A DNA stretch of 64,000 bases from the NCBI GenBank assembly GCA_963514005.1, contig OY740807.1, positions 29,760,001 through 29,824,000 on the forward strand, given 5' to 3'. A program made the position numbers and the translations under genes. Shown here piece after piece: positions 1 to 12,250 of this stretch. Below the pieces are notes generated by a model, which saw nothing but the letters and a program-made list of their open reading frames with translations, had not been told where the DNA came from and ran no database searches. This DNA is from Raja brachyura (taxonomy: Eukaryota). The first letter of the stretch is position 1. Every line of letters starts with the position of its first letter.

Positions 1-802
1 TCTGGAGTTTAGATGCAATTCATATGCAAAAGGGTAGGGAACCAGCAAGCCTTGTCAATCTGATACCAAAGGCATAGACTGGATTGGGTGGTTGCAAACT
101 AGATATACATTTTGTAAATAAGTTGTATATAATGTTGAAGAATCTGACTCTGCTGGATGTTTATTGGATGGGGTGTTAATCCTTGTCTGAAAGCTCTGTA
201 AATCAGGGTGAATGTTTCAATGGTTGTCTTCATCCTGAAGTCCATTGTGAATACAATGTATTTGGCTGTTGTATTATTGAGTTAGGGAAACGTCTGTTAT
301 GTATGGGGTTAATCAATAACTGTTATTGGGTAATTGTAAGACAACCCCCTGTGTGGTTCGGCCCTCAGGTTCGCGGGGCATATTAAAGGCCGTGATCACG
401 AGGCTCGAGGTCAAACTTCTGGAGTGTCTCTGTCTGCGCGAGGCCTAGAGGGCTGGAACAGACAGAAGCAGGGATCTAACCCGTGTTGGGGATAGGTACA
501 GTGCTTGATCTGTGACGGCCTTTTGGTAAAATAAACTTTAGTCATTTCAAGTGCTTGATAAACTAGACTTGGGGGAAGCTCAGAAACAAGCAATTATCAT
601 AAGTACATTTTGATAAAGCCATTTTGACCAACACTTGTAGCTGTTTTTTTCAGCAGCGTAAGAGATGTTGCATAATGTACTGAACATGCAAACATTGTGA
701 ATTTGTGATATTTATGTACTGGTGTTGAATAGTAAACATACCGGTGCCTCGTTTCATCCTATAAACATAACTTAAGGTTGTTTTTTTTAAAATTTATTCT
801 AG

Positions 803-876
803 CTGGAAGAACGACCACAAATGAGGAGCTGGAAGACATGCTGGAGAGTGGGAATCCTGCTATCTTCACATCAGGG
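803..876 (+). CDS. STX1A: Syntaxin-1A internal coding exon (linker; human exon 7 equivalent)
   Basis: AG at 801-802, GTAAGT at 877; 74 nt; encodes (T)[32 protein letters not shown] matches STX1A rather than STX1B (GKLAIFTDD). Upstream exons lie outside the window. Confidence 0.95.
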
Positions 877-1083
877 GTAAGTACAGTATGTGGTGTGTTT
901 TCTCTGTAACTCTGATACTATTTGTACTGAGCAGGCTGAAATTCATTCAATTTCTTTCCAGCAAAGTCATTGTGTTGTGGAATGATTTGCAGAAAAAAAA
1001 AAGATAATAAGTGATGAACAAAGGGGAGAAAAAGCGGCATGCTGGGCTAAAGCAAGGAATTCTACCATTTAACCATCTCACAA

Positions 1084-1250
1084 GGGCAGCACAGAGGTGC
1101 AGCGGTGAAGTTGCTGCATTACAGCGCCAGAGATCCGGGTTCGGTCCTGACTACGGCTACTGTCTCTAAGGAGTTTGAAAGTTCTCCCTGTGACCTGCGT
1201 GGGTTGTCCCTGGGTGCTCCGTGCTCTGTCTCCAAACTAAACTAAACTAA
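1084..1250 (+). mobile_element. HE1-like tRNA-derived SINE, internally deleted
   Basis: A box ggtgcagcggt, B box ggttcggtcc, conserved gttctccctgtgacctgcgtgggtt core, (aaact)n tail. Confidence 0.8.
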
Positions 1251-1339
1251 GTGGAAGGCCATTTAATGAGTCGTTCCTTGGTTCCTTGAATGATTAGTTC
1301 CTTGGTTTTGTTGGTGTTGAGCAAGGGGTTGTTGTTCAA

Positions 1340-1980
1340 TCAGGTGTTTTGTCTTTCTCCTTTATGTTGACTTATCTCCACCTGTGATACGGCCAGCAAC
1401 AGTGGTGTCATCAGTGAATTTATAGTTGGCTTTGGCTGCAGTTCTTAGCCAAGAAAGAGGGTGGAGCAGGGGACTAAGCAAGCAGCCTTGAGGAGCATCT
1501 GTATTGATGGTCAGTGAGTAGAAGGTGTTGTTGATCTGCACTGATTGAGGTTTGCCAATGAGGAAGTCACAGATCCAGTTGCAAAGGAGGTACAGAAGCT
1601 TAGGTCTTGGAGTTTAATGATGAATTTGGAGGGAGTGATGTTGATGTTGAACTCCAAACTGGTCACTGAACAGCAACCCAACAGTTGTGTTTCAGTTTTC
1701 CAGATGGTCCAGAGCATCGTAGAGAGACAGTGAGATAGCATCTGCTGTTGACTTGTGGTGTCTTAGGCAGGAGTTAATTTGCGCTGTAACCAACCTCTTC
1801 ATTATGGTGGGTGTAATTCCTACCGGACAGCAGTCAACGAGGCAGGGCACCATGCTCTTGTTCGGCAACGATTTGATAGACGCCCTTTTGAAGCAGGTGG
1901 GAACCTCAGACGGCAGAGGCAATAGGCTGAGTAAGACCTTGAATTCTCCAGCCAATTTGCCCGTACAGGTGTTTAGCGCT
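1340..1980 (-). mobile_element. Rex1/Babar LINE reverse-transcriptase fragment, degenerate
   Basis: SEVPTCFKRASI...RLVTAQINSCL..KSTADAISLSLYDALDHLEN and a GAPQGC-like motif, frameshifted. Confidence 0.8.
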
Positions 1981-2709
1981 CAGTAAAAATCATTACTGTA
2001 AATAATCCATACTTTCTCCCACTCGGCTTTGAAAGCAAGCATCATTTTTTTGTGTGAGAAGTTTTCAAAGCCGCGTTCAATCATTTGAGTCTATTTCCAG
2101 ACTCAGTAATGAATCTGATATTCTCCAGCCACAAGGTTGCTTCAAAGTTAAATCAGCAAAAACCACTCAAGTCCAACAGGCCAGTAATAAACAGTGGATA
2201 GCCTCAATGCGAGTTAGTGTTTAGGGCTGATGGGACTGAAACATTTTTTAAACATTTTGGCTTTAATTTGATTCATTTTATTTATTATTTTACTTGTCCC
2301 ATGCGAGTAAATTGAGCAAGTATTAGCTTCATTCATTTTTCTACATATAATATTATACCTCTGGTAAATTCACTCCATGGACATTGGACTATTGTAAATT
2401 AAACACATGCATATTTGACCTTGTCAGTCTGGAGAAGTAAGAGATGTCGGGAGTGCATAAAGATAAATGTAGGCATGGGGATTATGTTAATAGTCCAGTA
2501 ATCCAGAACCCAAATATGTAATTGAAATATGACTGCCCTGTTGTTGTCCGGTTTTCTGTTCAAACTCCATATCCTCTTGATCCCTTGGTGTGGGCAAATC
2601 TTTTGACCTCAAAGAGCAATTACAGTCCTCTGAAGGCAAGAATCTCAAAGCCACTGCTTATCAACACCGATTGCCAATCCCTTCTCATGTGTCAACACTG
2701 AAATCTCCA

Positions 2710-3168
2710 AGCGTCAAGAGAATTTATTGTCATGTGTCCCAGATAGGACAATGAAATTCTTGCTTTGCATCAGCACAACGGAATATAGTAGCCACGAATA
2801 CAGAACTTATCATATCAGTGTGTCCATACACCATTATATAAATATATACACACATCAATAAATAAGCAGTTAAAGTGCAAATAAACAGATAATGGTCTAT
2901 TAATGTTCAGAGTTTGTTTCAGCCTGGTGTCTGTGGGGAAGTGGCTATTTCTGAACCTGGACGTTGCAGTCTTCGGGCTCCTGTACCTTCTACCTGAAGG
3001 TAGCGGGGAGATGAGTGTGTGGCCAGGATGGTGTGTGTCCTTCATGATGCTGCCAGCCTTTTTGAGGTAGCGACTGCGATAGATCCCCTCGATGGTAGGC
3101 AGGTCAGAGCTGATGATAGACTGGGCAGTGTTTACTACTTTTTGTAGTCTTTTCCGCTCCTGGGAGCC
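2710..3168 (-). mobile_element. Rex1/Babar LINE 3' end
   Basis: QERKRLQKVVNTAQSII...HHPGHTLISPLPSGRRYRS...RFRNSHFP plus 3' UTR. Confidence 0.8.
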
Positions 3169-4189
3169 TCTCAACATTCATCCTAACAGAATCCTGCATC
3201 AATCCCGATTCCATGACATACCTCTTATTCTTCTAAACTCCAATTAGTACAGGCTAATTTTAATCTCTTGTAGGATAATCAAGTCACCCCAGGAATGAAT
3301 CTAAGCTGCATTTCAGGTATCTAAATTGCCCACACTGCTCCAAGCCTGGATGAAATCTTGAAAGGTACAATCCTGTATCCTAGATTTTAAAGGTTTATAT
3401 CATTAATAGTGTCAGGGCAGCTATTGGTTTGTTATTTTATTTAAAACTTATGATTCACTAACGTATTTGTAGGAAAATATATCTCTCCGCAGCTGCTATG
3501 ACCTAAATGTGACTCCAGTAATGTGACATCCCTCTGAAAATGGGCCAGCAAACTACTCAGCTGTTTAAATCTCATGGTCACAAATATCAAGGGGAAAAAA
3601 ACAGATTATACCACTTGCCATCAGCCTAGACACTGATTTTGGGCACAAAAGTATACTCAACCCATGCAAACTCCAAGAAACATTTGGGCATCTTATCTAA
3701 ATCAAAAAAGCTATCCTACAAACTGGTAAAACAATAGCCTGTCATGGTCGGATGTGCAGAATCATTCCATTCAGCCAAAGTTTCAGGTTCCTGCATTTGG
3801 TCCATGGGTAACTCCAGCCCAGCTACGAGGCAGAGTCACCTTTGTGAGGACACAGTTGAGGCCGGATCCAGGAGCCCACAAAGTTGAACCTAGCCTCCAC
3901 CAAGTCTCACAAGCATGTTGTCACTGATATATCAGCCGCAGATACACTGGCCTGTGAGCTTTGGTAGGATTGACCACACAGTTCTTTTTAAGTCTGTCTT
4001 CACATAGCCTTTTTCTATGGGAAGGAGTCTTCAGCACCTAGTAAAGACCCATTTCTCCCGTCTCCACCAGTCCCCCTCCTCTTGGACTCCCCAGAATAGC
4101 CTTCTACCCTCTTTATTTCTAATTGCCACCGTTACGTCAAACATCTCAACTTCTCAACTCCTGTTACCTACTCTAACCTCACCCCTCTG

Positions 4190-4610
4190 AACGTACAGCC
4201 AACGCAAATTGGAGGAACAGCATCTCATATTTTGCTTGGGCAGCTTACAGCCCAATGGTATGAATATTGATTTCTCTCACTTCAGGTAGCCCCAGCATTC
4301 CCTCTCCCTCTATCCCTCCCCCACCCAAGTCGCACTAGCTTCTCGTTTTCACCCAACAAACAGCTAACAGTGGCCAGTTTCCTTTATCATTGTTTGTTTT
4401 TTGCATATCTTTTATTCATTGTTCTTTATCTCTCCACATCATCATCTATATCCCTCGTTTCCCTTATCCCTAACCAGTCTGAAGAAGGGTCTCGACCCGA
4501 AACATCACCCATTCCTTCTCAACAGAGATGCAAACTATCCCGCTGAGTTGCTCCAGCTTTTTGTGTCTATCTTTGGTTTAAACCAGCATCTGCAGTTCCT
4601 TTCTACACAC
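4190..4610 (+). mobile_element. Penelope-like element 3' end (GIY-YIG C-terminus and terminal repeat)
   Basis: RKLEEQHLIFCLGSLQPNGMNIDFSHFR* followed by the ctgaagaagggtctcgacccgaaac terminus. Confidence 0.75.
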
Positions 4611-4619
4611 TTCACATTG

Positions 4620-5640
4620 AAGGCAGTCTCCACCTTGCCTAACATGCTTAATAGTCTGGCCTTAGATGGCCCCCCAATTATCAGTTGGGTGGATGAGGCA
4701 CTAGTAGCCATCTGCAACAGGACTAAATGTCTCCTCCAATTTCCATCTCATCCCGCCATTACAATTTAGACAGGGGACTAATCTCTAGTTCAAATAGAAA
4801 TGTAGGAGAGCACGCTGAGGGAGTATCAAGCAGACAAGATGTCAACATGTTGAAGCTGCATTTTGCAGACAGAGCTAAGTGATCCCATGACCAGCATATT
4901 AAGTCAAAATGGTCCATCCACTGTCATGTGGAGAGTAGTGGAAAATTAAACAACTAAAAGTCTGCAAAACATCCCTGTCCTCCCTGACATTGACGTCCAG
5001 TTGTTATTGAAAAAGATCAGACTAAAGCATTTGAAACCAGGCCAATGTGCCAAGTAAATGATCCTTCTTAAACCTACACTACAGTGTGAATCCATATCGT
5101 TCACCTCACATGACATTAATATAATGCTGCGTGCTCTCTACTTGGCAAAAGCCATAGGACCTACATCATCTTGGTGGTAGTGCTGAAGGCTTGTGACTTT
5201 GAACCAGGTACAAATCAAACTGGAACACTCACATTTACTTGATAAAATTAAAAAAATTGCCCAGAACGTCTTGTCCATCAAACCAGGATGAATCCAATGA
5301 TGGCAATTATCATCCTGTCAAACTGAACATCGTGCTGAAATTAGTCATCATAGGTGCCTTCACATGACATTTGTCACCATTCATCGGGTTTTATCTCATT
5401 ACAGCCTTTTTCCAAGCAGTCAAAAAATATGACTTCTAGAAACTGGGTGAGAGTGACTGTCCTTGATATGAATGTGACTTGGGAAAAATTAAATCAGTAG
5501 GAACCGAGATGAAAATCTTCACCAATTGGAATCATTATTAGTGTAGAGAAATACAGTTGTAATTACTGGAGGTCAAACAAGAGATCAATGATCCACCAGG
5601 TGATCAGTGCAACAGGTCCCGAAGGAAGTGAGCTGCACCC
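4620..5640 (+). mobile_element. Old, highly degenerate CR1-group LINE fragment
   Basis: Remnant KIAQ..VH..QDESN..NYHPV motif near 5255-5320; similar decayed sequence at 44200-45080. Confidence 0.4.
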
Positions 5641-5645
5641 AAACG

Positions 5646-5932
5646 TTTAGTTTGGTTTAGAGATACAGCTTGGCAACAGGCCCTTCAGCCCACTCAGTGC
5701 ACGGCAACCGACGGTCACCTGTACACCAGCTCTATCCTACACACTGGGGACAATTTACAGAAGCCAATTAACCTGCCAACTTGCATGTATTTGAAGTGTG
5801 GGAGGAAACCGGAGCACCTCGAAAAAGCACACACATTCACAGGCCAAACTCCACACAGACAGCACCCGTAGTCAGATATAAAACCCAGGCCTGTGGAGCC
5901 GATCGGCAACAACTCGTCTGCTGCGCCACTGT
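5646..5932 (-). mobile_element. HE1-like tRNA SINE
   Basis: Reverse complement of the same head, core and tail as 1084-1250. Confidence 0.8.
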
Positions 5933-6010
5933 ACGGATGCTTCATCAGCAATGGACATGTTGACTGTTGCTTTCTCAGCTTCATAGATAATGGATAACTC
6001 AATAGCCACA

Positions 6011-6114
6011 AGGGCCTGTCCCACTTAGGCGATTTTTCAGCGGACTGCCGGCGACTGTCAAGTTCGCGGCACTCGCCTGAAAAACCGGGAACTGGAAAGG
6101 CAACTGTCAGAGTG

Positions 6115-6192
<78 letters not shown>

Positions 6193-6817
6193 CAAAGCCG
6201 GGGGCCAGGGAAAGCGGGGGAGCGCTGTCTGAAATTCACACGGTGCAAAGCCAAGGTGACACAGACACACACCGCGATGAACAGGAAGGTTACGACGGTT
6301 AGCACAGTGTACGGTAAGTCCTTTAAAAGAGGGGGCAGGGGAGAAGGAGTGGAGACACTTTTAAGAAGCCAGACAACTTTTAATAAGCCAGAGATTCACA
6401 GCTGTGACGTTTGGCGGGCATTTAACATTACCGGTCGGTTTTCCTTGGTTCTGAAAACTCGTGCTTACGTTTTTTCCCCCCGATGAGCCAATGAAAATGC
6501 CCGGTCAGCAAAGGCGATTAACTAAAACTACCTACGACTTCCTCGACTACGTATAACTACATGGCGACCCCACTACAACTGCACCTACGTTAACAGGATT
6601 ATCCATTTTCTCCACGGCGACCAATTTTTGGTAGCAGAAAATTTTTCAACATGTTGAAAAATTTGCGCCGGCCATACTGAGGCCGCAACTAGTTGCCAGA
6701 ATGCGGGAACTCCTCGCGACCATGAAGGAGAGACCACCAGGGAACATGTGGCAATCATGAGGCGAGCACAGAGTCTCCTGCACTCGCCTAAAAAGTCGCC
6801 TAAGTGGGACAGACCCC
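6011..6817. mobile_element. PIF/Harbinger-type MITE
   Basis: TIRs agggcctgtcccacttaggcgattttt / aaaaagtcgcctaagtgggacagacccc; 3-bp TSD aca. Confidence 0.8.
6116..6191. repeat. (CA)n microsatellite inside the MITE
   Basis: Uninterrupted CA run of about 38 units. Confidence 0.98.
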
Positions 6818-6892
6818 ACATGTAACTAGAGCGTAACAATATTCAGAGTTGGGCTGTTCGGTGGCAAATAATATTCATATCACACAGGTGTT

Positions 6893-7840
6893 GAGTAAGT
6901 AAGTAAGTTTATTGGCCAAGTATTCACATACAAGGAATTTGCCTTGGTGCTCCGCCCACAAGTAACAACATGGCATACAGTGACAGTTACGAATGACTCA
7001 GAAAACACTAAACATTAATAATGATAAAACATTAATGATAAAACACCATTGATCAAGCATGTGAACCAACAAAATACCAGATCAAAGGGAGGCTACAGAT
7101 TTTTGGATGTTTAGTAGAGCAACTACTCGTGGATAAAAACAGTTTTTATGTCTGGCTGTGGCAGCTTTGACAGTCCGGAGTCGCCTTCCAGAGGGAAGTG
7201 ATTCAAAGGGTTTGTGGCCAGGGTGAGAGGGGTCAGAGATGATCTTGCCTGCTTGCTTCCTGGCCCTTGCAGTGTACAGTTCATCAATGGAGGGAAGGTT
7301 GCAGCCAATAACCTTCTCTGCTGATCGGACGATTCGCTGCAGCCTCCAGGTGTCGTGCTTGGTGGCTGAACCAAACCAGACCATGATGGAGAAGGTGAGA
7401 ACAGACTCTACGATGGCCGTGTGGAATTGGACCATCATTGCCTGTGGCAGATTGTGCTTCCTCAACTGCCGTAGGAAGTACATCCTCGGTTAGGCCTTTT
7501 TGACTGTGGAGTCGATGGTAGCCCCCCAGTTAAGGTCCTTGGAGATGATGGTTCCCAGGAACTTAAAAGACTCCACAGATGTGACTGTGGTGTTGTTGAT
7601 GGTGAGGGGAGGGGGAGCTTTCCTAAAGTCTACAATCAATTCCACTGTCTTAAGAGCATTGAGCTCTAGGTTGTTGCTACGGCACCAGGATGCCAGCTGT
7701 GACACTTCCTGTCTGTAGGCAGATTCCTCCCCATCCTGGACCGGTCCAATCAGGGTTGTGACGTCCGTAAACATGAGAAGCTTGACAGAGGTGTCTGTGG
7801 TGGTGCAGTCGTTGGTGTAGAGAGAGGAGAGGAGAGAGTA
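6893..7840 (-). mobile_element. Rex1/Babar LINE, 5'-truncated, relatively young
   Basis: LYTNDCT..SVKLLMFTDVTTLIG...LELNALKTVELIVDFRK...FKFLG and MYFLRQLRK...HPGHKPFESLPSGRRLR; (ctta)n tail. Confidence 0.9.
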
Positions 7841-8819
7841 CGTAGCCTTGCAGTTGCCGTTTCCAATAAAGCCCGACTCCTTGATATTCAAGTGCTTTAT
7901 TATTGCCGAATCTCTCAGCTTCAACATCCTTGGGGGCACCATTATCTGAACCAGACACAAATTATTGCAATAACAGTTTTGGCTGCTCAAGGGTGTGAGT
8001 AAATGTCTGGTGGGCTGTGGAACAAGGAGCTACAGGTTGGCCAGTGAAATGTTAATGCCTATCCTTCCACAATGTTGCTAAGCCAACCAGACTGTCTGTA
8101 ATGAGTGGATTTGACAGGATTCACCTTTTGCCTTGTCGTTTGATGGAATGTGTTGCAGGGTATTTCTGGCAGAATCAGAAAACCTAGCAGTATAGATAAT
8201 GAGAATGGAGATTTCTCCAGCATTTCTGTCTACCTTCGATTTTTCCAGCATCTGCAGTTCTTTCTTAAACATGTGAATGGAGATGCAGTCTTTGTAAGGA
8301 TAAAAGATGTACAGTCCTAAAGATAAAGCAAGAGATAAACACATCATCAGAAGGGTCCCGGACCCACATGTCATCTGTCCATTCCCTCCATAGGTGCTGT
8401 CTGACTTGTCGAGTGCTTCCAGCACTTTGGTTTGTTTTTTTACCCCATCAAGACTGCTAGTTTATGGAGAATTTTCAGTCCTTTAACCCTATGAATGAAG
8501 ATACAAGGAACTGCAGAGCAAAATATAAAGTGTCTAACCCTGGAATGTAGACGTAGCTAAAACAATATAAAATGAAACTGATGCCAAATGATTTAAAAAA
8601 TACCATGCCCTGTACCTGGGTGATGCCACATGTGGAAGTCCTGATTGAATGGCAAAAATCTGTTTATGAGTTGCCCTGATTTTGTCACAGTCTTCTTCTA
8701 AACCGTTCAGACTCCAGATTGAAAGTAACTTCGAGGATTTGTAGTATTTGGTCACACCCACATATGCTCTGTGATGCCCGGCTGGTCAGCTGATTCTGGA
8801 TGGTTCTCTCTTCTCTTAG

Positions 8820-8957
8820 ATCATAATGGATTCCAACATCACGAAGCAGGCTCTAAATGAGATTGAAACGCGACATCATGAGATCATCAAACTGGAGAAC
8901 TGTATTCGCGAGCTGCACGATATGTTCATGGACATGGCAATGCTGGTGGAAAGCCAG
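8820..8957 (+). CDS. STX1A: Syntaxin-1A exon, N-terminal half of the Qa-SNARE (H3) helix up to the 0-layer Q
   Basis: ttctcttAG / GTAAGA; 138 nt; [46 protein letters not shown]. Confidence 0.97.
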
Positions 8958-10446
8958 GTAAGATGGCGATCAAACAGAGAAAGATCTCATTTTGAATCTG
9001 TGTGACGGGAACTACCAGTTATCTAAACAGAGAAAAGGTCCATCTTACTCTGTCATCGTGGATTGAGCGTGAAACAAAACTTTATGATTCCATGTTATTG
9101 CTGATTTTAACTGCCTTAACAACTTTGATTCACCAAGAATCGTGTGTTGAAGAATTAGCACTTCAGTTTTTGAAGTCTCTGCTCAGTGACCAGTGTTCAA
9201 GCATTCTGCGTGCTGCACGGAAAAAATAATCTCAGTTTAAGAGCATAGCCTATAAAGCAAGAGCATAAGACCAAGAGCAACACCTTAAAGCAAGAGTAGG
9301 CCATAGAGTACTGTGAGTCTGTGCCAATTGTCAATAGGATATGAATTCCACTCACTATCCAAGACTGTTCACTCTCCTATCCAAGCCTATATTCTTTGAT
9401 GCACTTAACATTCAAAAATACACGGAGAGACACCCTTAAATGTAATTTACTGATGTGGAACCCATTGACCATATGTTTAGATTTTAGACTATGCTATAGC
9501 TTCCTTCTGGGTTTCTCTGATAACAACTAATGCCCTCCTAAGTTGCCAATGGCAAGTCTAAGTAGTCTCCTTTTACCAGTACCCCAAGATGACAAGGCTT
9601 AAGGGAACCTGGACTGCATGACTTTATATGCACTGGAAAGGGAGTTTGCCTCGTTGGTCTTGTGAAGCATTGTACACTTGATTTTCAGTGATCAAACCCA
9701 ACTAACCACAGATCCACCACACTAGACTGGGAATTGATTTAGTTCTTCCATCATGGTCTCACCATCAATCCTGCAAACAAGAGATATCACCTGCTTCTCA
9801 AAGCGGTGCAGTAATCTCCCTGTCTCCTAAAATAAGGACAATGGAAGGAATGTGCTATTTAAAATGAGCAGTACCATGTATCTATGCTTCTTCCCATTCG
9901 CAGCCCGCCTCTTCTTCACACCCCTCGTCTCTGATTTGAGGCGCTGTCTTCTTTGTGAAAGTTGCCAATCAACTTCCTGTTTATTGTTTGAGAGGGTCCT
10001 TGGCGGAGGATAGGTGAAGCTCTATAATGCTTCACTCAGAACCAAACGTGCTACCACAAAGCCAAGGGCAGGTCAGCTGATTCCCAGGCAGAATCTTTGC
10101 TTCTGAAAGTGCCCCCAAGACATTCCTGGAGCTGCCTCTGTCCTTGCACTGCCAGACCCTACCATCCCACTTATTTTAGTTGATCACACCATCTAACCAC
10201 TTGCAAAGACTTCTCACTCCAAGTGTCTGCCCCCTTCCTTCCCTTCCCTCGCTTTCTGCCCCCATCTCTGCAACCATTTGTCCAAAGGTTAGAAACAAGG
10301 TATCTGATGTGTGGATCGAAGGGACTGTGACGTATGGAAAATGATATCAAAGCCAAGAAGAGCAAAGATCTAATAAGAGTTGCATTAATTCATAATTCAC
10401 CGTGAGGCTCTGACTGCGAGTCTATTCTTCCTATTGCTGGTAACAG

Positions 10447-10499
10447 CCTCTGTTTTCTCCTGCTGCTAATACCCTGGACTGGACGGTGGAGTCCTGCAG
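10447..10499 (+). other. Candidate 53-nt frameshifting cassette exon in STX1A intron
   Basis: CTCTGAC branch-like motif (10408-10414), pyrimidine tract and taacAG (10446), donor CAG|GTAACA (10500), four GCATG motifs within 70 nt downstream. No transcript evidence. Confidence 0.35.
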
Positions 10500-11034
10500 G
10501 TAACACATTCTGTAGCATGCAGTAACGGTGCAGCTTTGCATGATTGCATGTACTTCCAACCACACGCATGATATTGGACTCTTGAAACGTGGTAAAGCGC
10601 CTAAAGAAAGTCAAAGGTGCAGCAATGTAAGATGTGCTTGGCTTCTCGGCCTATCTTAACACGAACCCCCCCCCCCCGCCCTCTCATCTGTTGGACTGAC
10701 AACTGGGTAAAGATAATCACTCACTGTGGAATATGATGAGTCCAGGGACAAGGTTGAGGAAGCAATCTCACTGCTGCGCTCATTCTCAAGCTACCAGTAG
10801 TCAGAATCTTAGTTGGTGCATGAATAAGAAATAGCCAACATCAGCAAGGGTAATTTAGCCTGCCATTCCACCCTGTCCTCAGTTCACATCAACCCACCAT
10901 GATCTCCAATGCTAAACATTGGACAGGAACCACGCACACAGCGTGCTGAGATCTTATGGAAGCCCGGTGCCGGCTAAAGGGGTAGATTATTCAAGCAGAT
11001 AGCCTCATGTTAGGAACCTTTATCTGCAGGAGAT

Positions 11035-11170
11035 CATAAGATCCTATGTGATAGGAGCAGAATTAGGCCATTTGGCCCATCAAGTCTACTCTGCCATTCG
11101 ATCTTGACTGATCTATCTCTCTCCCATGACCTCATTCTACTGCCTTCACCCCATAACCTCTGACACCCAT
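11035..11170 (-). mobile_element. CR1 LINE 3'-tail fragment
   Basis: ataggagcagaattaggccatttggcccatcaagtctactc...; sister copies at 13740-13875 and 47305-47428. Confidence 0.65.
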
Positions 11171-11922
11171 AGTAACAGATAACAGCAGCATAAAGCTTCA
11201 TTGGTGTTGGTGGTCAGGGCAAAATTGGTATTTTAAATATGTCGGCTGCATTCTAGAAAGGTTTTGGGACACTGGGAGACCGATGGAAAGGTGGAATGTC
11301 AGGAATCAATTCTATTATTCCCAAAGTATTCAGGATGGCACCTCATGGAGGCTGAACAAAACAGCTCTTTGCTCCCTATCCATGAACTTAGCACCTGAGG
11401 AAATTAGGGGGGGTTGGGGGGGGGGAAGAGAGACAAGAAATATTAACAGAGACCTCCGCTTCTCCAGTGAAATTCCCAGAGGAAATTCATTCCAGTTTAA
11501 AATCCCTGAACAGCAAAGATGACAATCTGAAAATGCTCCATTTGGTAAACAAAAAGATTATCTGGAGAATCAATACCAACCCATACCTTGGTTGATTTCA
11601 TCTGGTTTCTATGTGGGAGTTATTGGATGTTCTGATGAGTAAGTCCTTGGGAGAATAGGTGCCTCATTATGTTATAGTGGGATAAGGCTTTAATGCAGTG
11701 TTGGTATTCAAATAAACCATTAGTGGTGCCCACTTCAATAGAGGAATGGCTCTTTGCACCAGAAAAGCATGCAGGGTGGTAGTGTGGGGCCTCTTTGAGG
11801 CTTCGCTTCACTTTGCCCCCCACCCGTCAAGGACAATGCTGCCAGATATAATGCTTGTGATATAATTCCTTGGGATACCAGGGGCTTTTCGGGAAGAGTG
11901 AATCGTTCTCCTTCTGTTTCAG

Positions 11923-12033
11923 GGTGATGTGGTCAACAGCATTGAGAGGAACGTTGTTAATGCAACGGATTACATAGGCGACGCAAAGGACAACACAAAA
12001 AAAGCTGTTAATTTTAAGAGTACAAGCCGGCGG
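11923..12033 (+). CDS. STX1A: Alternative (putatively mutually exclusive) STX1A exon A: second copy of the C-terminal SNARE half, syntaxin-2-like
   Basis: ttctccttctgtttcAG / GTAAGT; 111 nt, phase 0-0, open: GDVVNSIERNVVNATDYIGDAKDNTKKAVNFKSTSRR; 16/37 identical to the canonical exon with all heptad-layer positions kept. Confidence 0.85.
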
Positions 12034-12109
12034 GTAAGTGACTGGTGAGAATGGCTGCTGAAGCACCTCTGTTACTTTCATGCGTCTCTGCTCTTTCCTC
12101 GATGCCCAG

Positions 12110-12220
12110 GGGGAGATGATAGACAGGATCGAATACAACGTCGAGCACTCAGTTGACTACGTAGAGAGGGCAGTGTCTGACACAAAAAAGGCGGTTAAGT
12201 ACCAGAGTAAAGCGCGACGG
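12110..12220 (+). CDS. STX1A: Canonical STX1A exon B, C-terminal half of SNARE helix
   Basis: cccAG / GTGAGT; 111 nt; [37 protein letters not shown]. Confidence 0.98.
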
Positions 12221-12244
12221 GTGAGTAGTGCACGTCGACAAGCC

Positions 12245-12250
12245 TGCATG
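12245..12250 (+). promoter_or_regulatory. RBFOX-type UGCAUG element just downstream of exon B
   Basis: TGCATG 25 nt after the exon B donor; a downstream position is the enhancing one in the RBFOX RNA map. Confidence 0.5.

Noticed and set aside
1084-1155. tRNA gene
   Set aside because: The A and B boxes belong to a SINE head followed by SINE core and tail; the same applies to the other copies.
5715-6486. ORFs with CVCV / HTHT runs
   Set aside because: These are translations of the (CA)n microsatellite inside a MITE.
11923-12033. Exon A as a processed-pseudogene fragment or a separate gene
   Set aside because: It has its own splice sites at exactly the exon B boundaries and no adjacent syntaxin sequence.
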